DNA of 64,000 bases from an uncultured Chroococcidiopsis sp. GTDB lineage: Bacteria; Cyanobacteriota; Cyanobacteriia; Cyanobacteriales; Chroococcidiopsidaceae. The notes beneath the pieces were generated by a model, which had not been told where the DNA came from, ran no database searches, and worked only from the letters and a program-made list of their open reading frames with translations. Shown piece after piece: positions 1-11,206 of the stretch (position 1 is the stretch's first letter; each line of letters begins with the position of its first letter). The DNA lies in contig CAXTYC010000018.1 of NCBI GenBank assembly GCA_964248365.1, positions 47,543 through 111,542 of the forward strand, given 5' to 3'. Made by a program: the position numbers and the translations under genes.

Positions 1-2
1 CC

Positions 3-1319
3 GATCAGCTCTATTTAGCAGGACACAAGGCTGAAGCTGAAAAACTTTATCGAGAAGTAAAAGCACCTTTTGCCACCCCAACTCCACCAAAACGTCCAGA
101 ACCCATTCTAGATCCTGCCTTCCTACCCCCAGCAGGGAAAGTCTACTGGCGCGAAACACAGGCTGGGGCGGAAGGGAAAGTGCAAACTAGAATGATGGTT
201 CCGCTGCGGCTGCTAGTTGAGAATTATCCCCAATTTATTCCAGGTCAATTGTGGCTGGCACAAACGTTGCAAAAATCAGATCGTGGCAAAGAAGCGATCG
301 ATGTTTTAGAACAAGCAACATCCCTCTATCCAAATCAGCCCCAGTTACTTAAAGCTAAAGTAGCCGCCCTCGCAGCAGACAAAAAATGGATGGAAGCATC
401 ACTTGCAGCTCGTCAATTTGCTATCCTCAATCCCAACCAACAAAACGCTGCCGAGTTTACCCAATTAGCAGATGAAAATCTCCAGCGCTACAAAAAGCAT
501 TTGCGCCGAAAAGTGCGGCGAAACATGTTCGCTAACATCATTACAGGCATTTTAGGATACGCCGTTACTGGTAGTCTTTTTGGTCCCCTCTCTGCCGTCC
601 AAACAACTACAATGGTACTCAAAGGCGAATCATCTGTAGGCAATTCAGTTGCCAAACAGGCGCGCCGACAACTACCACTAGTAGAAGACAAAGTAGTTGT
701 GGACTATGTGAACGAAATCGGACAAAAACTTGCTAAAGTATCCGGTCGCAATGATTTTCAATACGAGTTTTATGTTGTCTTAGACGACGAACTTAATGCC
801 TTTGCCTTGCCTGGAGGTAAAGTATTTGTCAATGCAGGAGCGATCGCCAAAACTAACTCAGAGGCAGAATTAGCTGGATTAATTGGTCATGAATTATCTC
901 ACGCTGTTCTCTCTCACGGTTTTCAATTAATTACCCAGGGCAATTTAATTGCTAATGTAACCCAATACGTTCCCTACGGCGGTACAGTTGCTAGTCTGTT
1001 TACCTTAGACTACAGCCGAGATATGGAACGTCAGGCAGATACTCTGGGTACAAGGCTAATTGCTTCGGATGGTTACGCTGCTGATGGTTTACGCAATTTA
1101 ATGGTGACACTCGAAAAGCAAGAAAAGAGTTCTCCACCCACTTGGTTATCCTCTCACCCAGGCACTGGCGCTCGCGTTCGTTACATAGAAAATCTAATTG
1201 AGCGTAATGGTTATAACCGCTACGCATACGAGGGAGTAGCACGTCACGCCATCATTAAAGCTAGGGTGGAAAAATTGTTAATAGAGGAACAGCTGCGCCA
1301 GAAAAAGCATCGTCGATAA
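3..1319 (+). CDS. M48 family metallopeptidase with TPR region (5'-partial)
   Basis: Frame is open from base 3; NAFALPGG, HELSH (HExxH), YSRDMERQAD and LSSHP motifs. Confidence 0.9.
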   Translation, partial: DQLYLAGHKAEAEKLYREVKAPFATPTPPKRPEPILDPAFLPPAGKVYWRETQAGAEGKVQTRMMVPLRLLVENYPQFIPGQLWLAQTLQKSDRGKEAIDVLEQATSLYPNQPQLLKAKVAALAADKKWMEASLAARQFAILNPNQQNAAEFTQLADENLQRYKKHLRRKVRRNMFANIITGILGYAVTGSLFGPLSAVQTTTMVLKGESSVGNSVAKQARRQLPLVEDKVVVDYVNEIGQKLAKVSGRNDFQYEFYVVLDDELNAFALPGGKVFVNAGAIAKTNSEAELAGLIGHELSHAVLSHGFQLITQGNLIANVTQYVPYGGTVASLFTLDYSRDMERQADTLGTRLIASDGYAADGLRNLMVTLEKQEKSSPPTWLSSHPGTGARVRYIENLIERNGYNRYAYEGVARHAIIKARVEKLLIEEQLRQKKHRR

Positions 1320-1395
1320 TATGTATGCCTGCCTAATAATCTACTAATGCAGGTAACGCCGCTCAAAGCAGTTTTAATTTTGAGGATAGTTTAGC

Positions 1396-2178
1396 ATGGC
1401 ACTGCAATCATATATGTTTCAGTTTTTGAAGAGTCTGAGTTTATTGGCTGGGGTGGCGCTGCTAGTGGCTAATGGTAGCGCGATCGCTGCACCTCGAACT
1501 TCTGGTGATACTTCAAACCGCTCTGTAGTAGTAGATACAGAAGGGGATGGGGGATATTCTACACGGCAAACTCCTACACAAAGATCTTCTAGTCCTGTAA
1601 CAAGCGCTACTCGCTTTAGTTGTCAACCGCTCAACGGTCAGTATACAGTAGTATATCAGCCACAAAGCCAACCAGGTCAGTATTTTCCTTGGGCAAAGCC
1701 AGTTCAGCTAGGTGGGGGCTGGACTCCCCAAAGTCGCTGCAATGAAATTGCTCGACGGCTGGAATTGTACCGCCCAGACGGTTTACAGGAAATGACTACA
1801 GGTCAAGAAAATGGCTACAACACTGTGTGCGTCACGACCGAAAAAGTCCCCGCTTGCCGAATTGTATTTACTGTACCACCTGGGCAAGATCCAGTATCAA
1901 CCCGCGATCGCGTGTTTGAAAATCTGACTGTTGCCGACAGCGGACAACAAACCGATGCCGTCAACACCTACACCAGTCGGGGAGACGACGGTATTGGCAA
2001 TTTGCTGAATATGGGTCGAGAAATCTTCGGCGCGGGCAAATCTCGTCCCCACTCTAAAAATATCAACCTCCAACCTTTCCTAGACCAGAAAGATGGTGGT
2101 AGTGGTACTCAACTCCAAGGAGGAGTACAATTAAAACCCAGCAAATCGAGTCAGCTAAATCCAGCTAACTTTCGCTGA
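1396..2178 (+). CDS. COP23 domain-containing exported protein
   Basis: Signal peptide; TRFSC...GGGWTPQSRC..I..R and ENGYNTVC pattern typical of COP23. Confidence 0.75.
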   Translation: MALQSYMFQFLKSLSLLAGVALLVANGSAIAAPRTSGDTSNRSVVVDTEGDGGYSTRQTPTQRSSSPVTSATRFSCQPLNGQYTVVYQPQSQPGQYFPWAKPVQLGGGWTPQSRCNEIARRLELYRPDGLQEMTTGQENGYNTVCVTTEKVPACRIVFTVPPGQDPVSTRDRVFENLTVADSGQQTDAVNTYTSRGDDGIGNLLNMGREIFGAGKSRPHSKNINLQPFLDQKDGGSGTQLQGGVQLKPSKSSQLNPANFR

Positions 2179-2402
2179 TGTATCAGTGGTTGGTAATTGG
2201 TAATGGGTAATGGGAGAACAGCAAAAGGGAAAAGGGGGAATTGGTTTAAACTTTAACCATTCACCTAAAATCACTTACCAACTACCAACTACCAATTACC
2301 CATTACCTACATAAACTCTAGAATATGTTGGAACTCTAAATTAGAACCCTGTTCACCTGCGCTATACAAAAGCCCTAAATTAGGACGCTCTGCATACTAT
2401 TC

Positions 2403-2452
2403 CTTGTTACCAGGCGCTTAGCCTGGTAACGAGTAAAAAGAGGCTCTGCCTT
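2403..2452. repeat. Dispersed palindromic repeat (CTYGTTACCAGG...CCTGGTAACGAG type)
   Basis: Inverted repeat; degenerate relatives at ~11838-11867 and ~21700-21880. Confidence 0.6.
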
Positions 2453-2465
2453 GGTGTTCACTGTT

Positions 2466-2948
2466 CTAGACAGTGCGCGACACACCAGTATCAGCCACCT
2501 TAGCTGGTAATATAATTCCGTAGTATGCTACGGCGAGGGCGGTCAGACCATTGATCAAAACATTGTAACCGAAGATCGGCATCAAACCGAATGTCGTGTT
2601 AGCAAATGGCAGCAATCCCATGATTGCAATCAAGGTGTAAGACACTACGAAAAAACGATTGAATATCCGCGAACTGCTGTAGCTGGTATATGCGGTAATC
2701 CCAAACAGACCAACCGCGCAGTGAACAATGTTATGCAAGAAATTCGTAGGAAATAGCCCAAATACATAGCCAAATCCCTGAGAATAAGCATCATGAGCTG
2801 CGGCAGGTGGGATAAAAGACATATCTGCTGCACCTGGTAATGTCACCAAAGCTGGTATAAATCCAGCTATTCCTAAAATCAAAAACATAATTCCGATAGC
2901 CAGAGCGCAGTAACGCTCTGACATTTTAACTATGCCTGTATTGCTCAT
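2466..2948 (-). CDS. DUF4383 family membrane protein
   Basis: GIAGFIP and FGLFPTNFLHNIVH motifs, about 4 TM segments; ATG at 2948 preferred. Confidence 0.8.
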   Translation of the reverse strand: MSNTGIVKMSERYCALAIGIMFLILGIAGFIPALVTLPGAADMSFIPPAAAHDAYSQGFGYVFGLFPTNFLHNIVHCAVGLFGITAYTSYSSSRIFNRFFVVSYTLIAIMGLLPFANTTFGLMPIFGYNVLINGLTALAVAYYGIILPAKVADTGVSRTV

Positions 2949-3349
2949 TTTACTACCCCTAATTTGTGCAATGATTGCACTGTTTGTACGCTTTTTGTAA
3001 AAATCTCGTTTCAACCCGTTGCTATCAGAAACAATAGGTAATACTATCTTCAGTAGTCAGCTAAAATCGAGACTTCATACTTATGATTAAACTTAAATTT
3101 TGCCGCTCTAACTCTATCAAAAGACTGGGGTTTAGCTTAAAAACTTTGAGTTATATTTTATACAATATAACGTTGCTGTAAAAAGAGAAAATGTGCTAAT
3201 ATAAAAATTGATAAAAAGTATTTTTTTCATTATTGAAGTGTTTATTAGTTAATTTATTATTACTGATTAGAAGATTAACAATAGAAGTTGACACCTCCTC
3301 TTAGGGAAGTGCCAAGCTCAGCCGATTCGTAAATTACAATAAATTACAA

Positions 3350-3523
3350 TTAGCGGAAAATCCCTAAATAAAGAGTTGCAGCAAAAAGCACAATTATCAA
3401 AACTCCCAAAGTTACACTGATACCAAATTGCAAGGAGGCGCTTTTAGTAGCTTCCGGTCCAGCAGACTGCTGGGTTATATTAGTGTGCTTCTTGTTAGAA
3501 TTTGTTACTTTGTCAGAAGTCAT
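3350..3523 (-). CDS. Small membrane protein, hypothetical
   Basis: Short ORF with a single C-terminal hydrophobic helix. Confidence 0.45.
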   Translation of the reverse strand: MTSDKVTNSNKKHTNITQQSAGPEATKSASLQFGISVTLGVLIIVLFAATLYLGIFR

Positions 3524-3864
3524 AGCTATCAAGGTTTTTGAGTATTTATCACTTATATTGGCTCCAGATGCGAAAAACTGAATCTAACTAGAGGATTATC
3601 TAGGCTATACGCGCGAGCGTGGGGCAAAAAGGACGCTAAAGCGATCGCCTTTTCATCTGTAGCAGGGTAGAATTTTAAGTCCTGACAGATTGGATTAGAT
3701 GTGCATGGGTTCATGCCTTACAATCATGACATCTTTAAAACCATTTGATTTCTTCTGCCATTGGTTGTTTGGATTAGTAGGAAGTAAAAACAAGACGGAA
3801 CGAAATAGCTAACCTATGTGAATATGCAATCAAACTTGATATAAATTCGAGATCCAACTGAACA

Positions 3865-6582
3865 CTACTCTAGAGAAGCAAAGTCCTCATCTCTAAGAGA
3901 AATAGCATAATCTCTGGCGTGTTTAGCGTAAGGAAAAGGAAAAGGCAAGGAAGTTGTTCCGGCAAAATATGCCCAGCGGTTTCTGAGTCTTTCTAGGAAT
4001 CTAATTAATATTATGTTGTTAAAACTCGAATGAATCACATCATATTCCAAAAGCGGCGGATTACCAGCAGGGTGTTTTCCGTTATCCAGACGAGATTGAT
4101 TCACCCTTAAAAGGTCTTGTTCGGTGTTTAGCCTTTCTCTTAACCCCAGATAAATCTCTTGTTCGAGATTGTCGCAAACATTTTTCCAAGCATATATACC
4201 ATAATGACGACTGCCTGGGTTTTTGCCTATAGGGTTCCAAGCAGGTGTTTCTAAAGTATTGCCTTTGGTTAAACTACGAACAATATGCAAACGCTTTTGA
4301 CGTTCTTGTAACTGAATATGCCTTCTGAGTTCGTTAGGAAACTCCCCACATTCTAAATTGGAATTTTGCAACCACTTGAATGTAGAACGAGCATTTTGTC
4401 CATCCATCATAAACAGGACATGAGGCTTATTTTCATTGTTTATTGGGGTGGTTAAACAATCGGTTAAACAGTTAGCTAGAAATTGGTTTAATAACCTTTG
4501 GTCACGTTGTTGTTCTTCAGTTTCTTCTGCATTTAAATCTTCTTCACCAGAATCTTCATAAAACTGAGAATCCCAATTTTCTGTTAAAAGATGATTGTAT
4601 ATTTCCCAGGATGAAACCCACCTACTATTACCTCGGCTTTGCTGTCTCAGAGAAGGTGTTGTGAATTGTACTTCTCCCAAAAATGGATTGACTCTGACTA
4701 CCACTACTACCAGAGATGGTAATCCTGACCAAGTCGTTATTGAAGTGCGACGTATAACGAGGCAACAAGTTAACCACATTTGCTCAGGAATAGAATCTTC
4801 TTTTGTGATAAAATATTGTTCTGGTAAAACTCCAGCTTGTGAGAATAAGTCAGCAACAGAATTTCTAACACGAGATTCATCTGCTTGTTCTTCAGTTTTT
4901 TCTGTTAAAGGATGAATCCGCTGATTAACATACCCCATTTGCATTAAAGCAATTTTAGTTGCTTTATAGGGGTCAGCATTTTCTGAATAATAATCCGGTT
5001 CAAAAATTTCTAGGATGGCTCCACTCCGTCCCACAGGTTTTGGTAGAACTCTTTTGAAAAACTCAATTCTTTCTTTCGCTGCTTCTATTGCTCTTGCGTC
5101 TGGAATTTTATCTACATCTGCTAAACTTAAAGGTCTTATTAATTCCTCTCCACCTAGAGTCTGAATTTTTATCCGAAACAAATCTCCTAATTGGCTAGCA
5201 TATTCAACTGTCCTCATAATTCCTAAATCAGTCATAGTTTCAGACACTTCTAACTCTCGATTTAATTGGAGAACAGTGCGTATTTCTTGAATTAAATAGT
5301 CTCTTGTCGTCGGATATATGTAAAGAATCAGAATTGTCTCTAATGGGAAGCGAGACATAAATAGACTGCTAGTTGCTACAGAGGGACGGTGCATTACAAC
5401 ATTTGATTCTTCTCTATTTTGTCCAGAGCTAGGCTGATTTTTGTTAATTGGTATAGGTACTATCTCGCCAGCACGTCTTAAAGGTAAATGTTGTGCAATA
5501 TGAGCATTTAATGTTCCTATATCTTTGATGCTTACTCCTGGTTTGCAGAAATGTTTACCTAAGCGGGAATGGTAGGCGATCGCTGTTATAATCCCTTCAG
5601 TATTACCATCCCAAATCCCTGGAAGTGACCTTGATGCAATTTCTACAGGATTGGGTAGATAGTTTGTATTTTTAATTAGTTCCGACAATGCACGGTGAAG
5701 ATGAGGAGTTTCTCTTCCACGATATAGTTTGATGGGGATAATACTTAAATCTTGTGTTTGGCTGTCGAGCCAGCGAAAGCGGTTAGAAACATAAACTGTA
5801 ACACCACTACTATTTACTCTGTTAGGACTTTCATTCCCTTCAAGCCACAAAGGATATGTCAACCACCTTCTCACCCCAAGTCCGCAATAAATTAGAGGTG
5901 CTGTTCTTCCTTGCAAGGTACGCAACCTGATTTTGATAACAAAGGAAATATATTTAGGAAATCTACTATTGCTATCGCCTGTAGGTCTTGGAGGAAAAGA
6001 TATTAGCTCGGCTCCCGATTCACAAGTAGCCACATGGTAAAAATTTAAGGGTGGTAAATCGGTTGTAAACTGAATTTGTCGATTATCTTCAAACAGCCTA
6101 GCTAAATAATTTGGTATTGCTTGGTAGAGGATGTCATTAGGAGGTAAATTGCAATTGAAATCAAGAGGGACAGTTTGATAATTCCATTCAACGTATCTTA
6201 ATCTGTCTAAAAAATCCTCTACACAGTCAGACCCAAGCGTTCGGGTAAACTCTTCTCTCAACCATTCTTTTACCAAAAGCCCTAAATTTTCCAAAGCTGC
6301 TGGCGTTGGCTGTTGTGTTGTGTAAAGCCAAGTTCCGCCATTCCTCCAACTATTGGGAACAGTATGAAAAGTTGAGTTCCACGCAGCAACTACCAACGGG
6401 TTTAATGACCGCACTGGTGGAGACGAGTTTCTGTTTCGCATTCTGGCTAATTGCCATGCTATATCAACGTATGCTTGAGGAGGAGTAATTGAGTAAATTT
6501 CCTCCTGATTTATCGCTTCGGTAAGTTCCCAAGCTCCTAGCTCAATCGGCTTTGTTTGATACAAGTTGCTTTTGTTTGTCAT
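3865..6582 (-). CDS. pPIWI-RE (prokaryotic PIWI/RNase H-fold) protein
   Basis: ~905 aa from MTNK; GVRRW, DPYKATKIAL..MGYVNQ, D..NAR..W and LPFP motifs; third gene after REase and helicase. Confidence 0.85.
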   Translation of the reverse strand: MTNKSNLYQTKPIELGAWELTEAINQEEIYSITPPQAYVDIAWQLARMRNRNSSPPVRSLNPLVVAAWNSTFHTVPNSWRNGGTWLYTTQQPTPAALENLGLLVKEWLREEFTRTLGSDCVEDFLDRLRYVEWNYQTVPLDFNCNLPPNDILYQAIPNYLARLFEDNRQIQFTTDLPPLNFYHVATCESGAELISFPPRPTGDSNSRFPKYISFVIKIRLRTLQGRTAPLIYCGLGVRRWLTYPLWLEGNESPNRVNSSGVTVYVSNRFRWLDSQTQDLSIIPIKLYRGRETPHLHRALSELIKNTNYLPNPVEIASRSLPGIWDGNTEGIITAIAYHSRLGKHFCKPGVSIKDIGTLNAHIAQHLPLRRAGEIVPIPINKNQPSSGQNREESNVVMHRPSVATSSLFMSRFPLETILILYIYPTTRDYLIQEIRTVLQLNRELEVSETMTDLGIMRTVEYASQLGDLFRIKIQTLGGEELIRPLSLADVDKIPDARAIEAAKERIEFFKRVLPKPVGRSGAILEIFEPDYYSENADPYKATKIALMQMGYVNQRIHPLTEKTEEQADESRVRNSVADLFSQAGVLPEQYFITKEDSIPEQMWLTCCLVIRRTSITTWSGLPSLVVVVVRVNPFLGEVQFTTPSLRQQSRGNSRWVSSWEIYNHLLTENWDSQFYEDSGEEDLNAEETEEQQRDQRLLNQFLANCLTDCLTTPINNENKPHVLFMMDGQNARSTFKWLQNSNLECGEFPNELRRHIQLQERQKRLHIVRSLTKGNTLETPAWNPIGKNPGSRHYGIYAWKNVCDNLEQEIYLGLRERLNTEQDLLRVNQSRLDNGKHPAGNPPLLEYDVIHSSFNNIILIRFLERLRNRWAYFAGTTSLPFPFPYAKHARDYAISLRDEDFASLE

Positions 6583-9500
6583 AGACAAGAAAGTCTGTTT
6601 CTTTGAGCAGGTGTAAAAATATTCCCCATAGTTCTCTAGCAATAGTCGCTTCCCAAGGAATATCAGAACTCATCCAAAATTCAAGAGTTTTAATAATAGC
6701 AACTAGGAGTGAAGTTGTTTCATCATCTTGCTTATTATCTGCGGATAGGGGAGCAAAGCTTTTATCGAGCCAATAAACATTTATTGGAACATTCCCCCTT
6801 ACGCCTCTGCCAATAACTTGCCAGATAGAAACAACTTGATTAGCGCATAACGTCCATCGTTCTTTGGCAGTTAAGTCACTAAAATATACACTTTTACTAG
6901 TAAGCTTCATTAACTCAATCCATGCTGCACGGGCAAAATAATCTCCCTGCATCTGCAATGTAGAATATTGGTGAATGAGTTGATTTGGCTCAAATTGTTG
7001 TAATGCCCAGCTATTGAGTCCCTGTACCACTTCAAACCAATCATGGGGAACTGGCATAGGTCGTTTGATAAATAAAATCGTACCAAAAGCAGCTTTTTTC
7101 TCATCATTGAGGGCATTGTGACTCCGTTCCATTGCGCCTAATACTCCTACAAGTAACCGAATAATTGATTCAGCTACTTTTTCAAATTCTCCTCGCTTCA
7201 AGCCAGGATACCAATGAACGCGATTATCTGCGTCACGACGCAATGGTTGAATAGCATTAATATCGCCTACAGGATGACGATAGCGCGATCGCAATTCTTG
7301 TATAATCCACTCAGCTTGTTCGTAGCTTCCGGTAACTCCGAGTATTCTTTCTCGGTCTGACCAAAGCGCTGGGTCATCCTGTGCTAATTCTTTCAGTTCT
7401 TCAAAGCGATCGTCAAGGAAATTTGGATACACTCCAGTAATAGCCTTTGCCATTTCTCGGTAAGCCATTTCAACTTTGTGTTGTGGAACACCGGAAATAG
7501 CGATGTATTTACCTTTTTCATTTACATTTAATTGAGGAGAAAAGACAAACTTTCCTTGCAAAATGGGGTCAGTTGATGACTTGGATTTGAGTAGTAAACT
7601 GGGACGAATAGGAATATGAAAAGCACTGCTTCCTGGTGCATAACTGGTTCCCGATACCAAAACTGTATGGGCGCTATCCCAGCCGTCAATTTCCAGCAAC
7701 TTGTCAAAGTTCAACAACAAACTTTCCCCTACACCTAGATAGCGGAAGTATTTTAGAATTCCACCTCCCTCTTTGTTGGGATAGTACAAGAAACCTAAAA
7801 GGTTTCCCACAGGAGATTCTGGAATCATTGCTAGATATTCTTGTGGCGGTCGAAGAATTAATGGAAAGGCGTTATTCTGAAAGGCTTGTAAATCCAAAAG
7901 TTCCACCTGATTGTCCACCAACTTTTGCAGATGATGGCTTAAAATAGCTAGCAAAATTCCAAATCTAAATTTTTCAACTAATTCATCTAAGCTGTCATCT
8001 GGACAAGACAAGCCTTTTTTCGCAAGCCAATCTAGACACCAATATCGCAAATCATCTAAAGCTAAATCGCTCGTTCCTAGTAAAATTAATTCACGAGCAA
8101 TGTTGGTAAGTTCATCTATTTTTTTCTATCCAAAGGATTAATGTTGCCAAGTCCATCTTTTTTTCGTTTATCCAAAGGATTATCTATAAATAATTTCAAT
8201 TCACTCAATATTGCTCGAAAGGAATCTGTATCTGTTATGCCAGAGCAATCTAGCAGTTCTTGCACTATCCTTGAAAAAACACCGTAACTGTGAAAAGTTA
8301 TTTTTCCTAGCCAGCCTACTAACAATGGATTCTTATTTAACTACCTGTATAGTGGAGGGATAGCTAATTCAATAATGTTGTAGCAATTAGCAAACTTTTC
8401 CCAAGATTTGTATTTAGTTTGAGGTCTATTTGAATTATTGATTTGGCTGAGTTCTATTCCAGTTTGATTAATTAACCCACCTTTTGCAATTAATTCAGCT
8501 TCTGGAGCAAACACATTATTTAATCTGCCCTTCATTAAGTCAGCTTCATCAACAAATAAAAACTCACATTCCCTAGCAACAAATTCTGCAAAGCGAATTT
8601 TATCAAGCGATACGCTTCTAGGAACTGGGGTATGAACAAAACTTTCTGGCGTTAATACCCACACCAACCCGTTAGCAATGTCACGTTCTATTTGGTGTCG
8701 AGGACAAGTATAGTAATAAGGGCAGGTACTATCTACATTAGATCTCTTTGTGGCATTTGGTTCTTTTTGATAAAGCGCGTGACAAGGTTCTTCGCCAAAA
8801 TTCCAAATGTCGGCAGATGCAACATGAGAAAGGAGAGGACATGATTCATTAAACCATTCCCTTACCGGATGTATTGCCCCCTGTTCTACATCACTTCCTG
8901 TGGTTTGAAGTATAGACTTATTAATTTTCTCTAAGTGTTCTACTCGGTTTTTACCTAGTATTGGTGCAGCAGGGATTTCTAAAAGATGTTTGAAGAGACT
9001 AGCTTTTCCGACTTGCGAGACTACATCACTAACTATTAATGCACAGCGTTTAGCATTTCTACCTCTAGAAACTAAATTAAAACTGACTACATCAATAAAT
9101 GTTGACTTACCTACATTCAACAGCCCAACAATATGATTTAATCGATCTAAAGTCAAAATAGTATCTTCAGAAAAATCATTTAAGGACTGGTTATAGACAG
9201 ATAAAACAATATTTCTAAAGCGTTCATAGTAATTTAAATATATGTTGGAACGTGCTAGTCGGCAATCCATTTCTTTGGCACTTAATAAAAGTGACTTCAA
9301 GGAAAAAGTATAAGCCGGATTAGACTCACTTCGAGTTCTGACAAAGCGAACGATTGGACTTCTGGGTAAATTTAATACACTTTGAGGAAGATTGATGACA
9401 ACAGGGTCTTCTCCTTTCTTGATTTCAGCTAGCCATCGTCCTTCTTGTCTGGCTAGTTTTACCTTGTGTTGCTTAACTGCGGGAGATGTCTGCAAGACAT

Positions 9501-9903
9501 AACGATAGACACGATGCCGATAATAACTATGTTGTCTGGAAGTGGGTATTTGTTCAGCATCAGCTAAATCAAAAGCTTTGAGAACATCAGGGATGTCTTT
9601 AATGTATTCATCTAGATGATATTCCCAATCACTACCTTTGTATTCCAATAGATAAAATCTAGCTATTTTACAAGTAAGCCATTTATTACCAATTGCTGGA
9701 AAACGATATCCTGAGATTAAATGTCTTACTTCTGTTGCGGGTTGTGTAGGTGCTACTTCCAAAAGCAGCGATAAACCTAACTCAACATGAACAATTAGCC
9801 TTGCTATTCTTCCTCTTTCTTCCTCTGCCCATCTTGCAACTACATCAGGATTTTGCTTTAATTCTTTTACTAAATTTTGATACCAATCGGTTGTATCTCT
9901 CAT
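6542..9903 (-). pseudogene. pPIWI-RE-associated DinG-like SF2 helicase, interrupted
   Basis: Walker A GLLNVGKST, DEAD, SGTS and QVIGRGVRG motifs spread over three ORFs; in-frame TAG at 8341-8343 and frameshift near 8118-8125. Confidence 0.85.
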
Positions 9904-10982
9904 TTTGTAATTATTTCCTTGGCTTGTTTGATGATTTCACCAATCGACCTTAGCTGTAATCCCTTAAGGGCTTGAGGTTGAAATTTTTTTCTTTTACGAA
10001 TAGCTGGAATATTTAAATCATTCTCATCAGGAAAGACTACAAAGGTTGCATCAACATCTGGTTGACATCTAACTTTTGATAATCTTTCTTCGCTGACATA
10101 AGACCAATCTTTTACATCAATTGCCCATCTTTGGGAATTAGGAAATTCTACAAGTAAATCGTATCTATCAATTTGAGGATAAAGCGTGACAAGTGCGCCT
10201 AATTCAACCAATTTGTCTCGCAGGTATAATTCCCAAATGCCTGGAATAGTACCGTAGCGATGAACTCCTAGCGTTACAGCTACCCACTCGCTAATTTCTT
10301 CTGCGGGAATAACCCGAATATTCTTTAATTTTTTCTGACTTACAATTAATTCACAAGATTTCTTGCGACAAATATATTCTCCTTCCCATAGCCGCTGGAT
10401 ATATCCACATCGGGGACACAGACGACACTCTGTTCCTCCAAATAAGTTTGCTACTGGTCGATAAAATCCCTCGTCGTCTAACTTGAAAAAATCTCGAACT
10501 TTTGCCAGTTCCTTTGTATCAAGCTTTTTCCGAAGTTGGGTAAGTGTCAAAACTGGATGAGTACCAATTAACTCACGCGCTTTTCTGTAAGATTCGTCAA
10601 GCTGGTTTCTTTCGCAATACTCCTTGAGTTTCGCAAGGGTTAATTCTTGAACTTGGTGAATGCTGTCTTTACCAGATAATGCCCAATCTCTAGCAAAATC
10701 GGAAACCAACCCATATTCTAAAAGGGTTGCATTGTCAGGAATGCTTGGCACTTTGGCAGGTTCCCACCAAGATTTGATTGGTTTAGCTGCTTCTTCAAAT
10801 AATTCTGGAAGTGTGGTAGGGACTTGTTTTTGAGATAATGCAGCAGCTGCACACATTCTCGACATTCCTATTCGCAAGGATTGAGGAATTTGAATACGTT
10901 TTTCTGGCGGTGTTTCCTCCCACTCAACTAACCCTGTTGCTAGATAGTGAACAGTGGTGTCATCTTTGGTTGATGCACTCAT
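9900..10982 (-). CDS. pPIWI-RE-associated restriction-endonuclease-fold nuclease
   Basis: PGIWE, DRYDL...WAIDVKDW PD-(D/E)XK core, CPRC...C Zn ribbon; ATGA overlap with the helicase. Confidence 0.85.
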   Translation of the reverse strand: MSASTKDDTTVHYLATGLVEWEETPPEKRIQIPQSLRIGMSRMCAAAALSQKQVPTTLPELFEEAAKPIKSWWEPAKVPSIPDNATLLEYGLVSDFARDWALSGKDSIHQVQELTLAKLKEYCERNQLDESYRKARELIGTHPVLTLTQLRKKLDTKELAKVRDFFKLDDEGFYRPVANLFGGTECRLCPRCGYIQRLWEGEYICRKKSCELIVSQKKLKNIRVIPAEEISEWVAVTLGVHRYGTIPGIWELYLRDKLVELGALVTLYPQIDRYDLLVEFPNSQRWAIDVKDWSYVSEERLSKVRCQPDVDATFVVFPDENDLNIPAIRKRKKFQPQALKGLQLRSIGEIIKQAKEIITK

Positions 10983-10985
10983 ATA

Positions 10986-11066
10986 GCAAGGCTATCCGAA
11001 TTTTGAAATTTAATTGCTTGGTGGGCAATGCTATCCGAATTGTGAAATTTAATTGCTTGGTAGGCA
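10986..11066. repeat. Two-copy 39-bp tandem repeat upstream of the pPIWI-RE operon
   Basis: GCAAKGCTATCCGAATTKTGAAATTTAATTGCTTGGTRG at 10986 and 11025. Confidence 0.9.
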
Positions 11067-11206
11067 TGGGTGGCAAACAGTATATTGTATGTATCGAATA
11101 TTACTCAAGCGCAAAAGACGGGGTGTGGATTTATATTTTCGAGACTGGAAGGTTGTGGCGATGCCTGCGGCAACGCTAAAAGCGTACTTACTAAAATTAA
11201 GCTATT

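Noticed and set aside
3640..3720. Uma2-like gene remnant at the edge of the pPIWI-RE block
   Set aside because: Only a few codons of resemblance and it needs a frameshift; unsupported
10986..11066. Possible mini-CRISPR array
   Set aside because: Two abutting units with no spacer and no cas genes nearby
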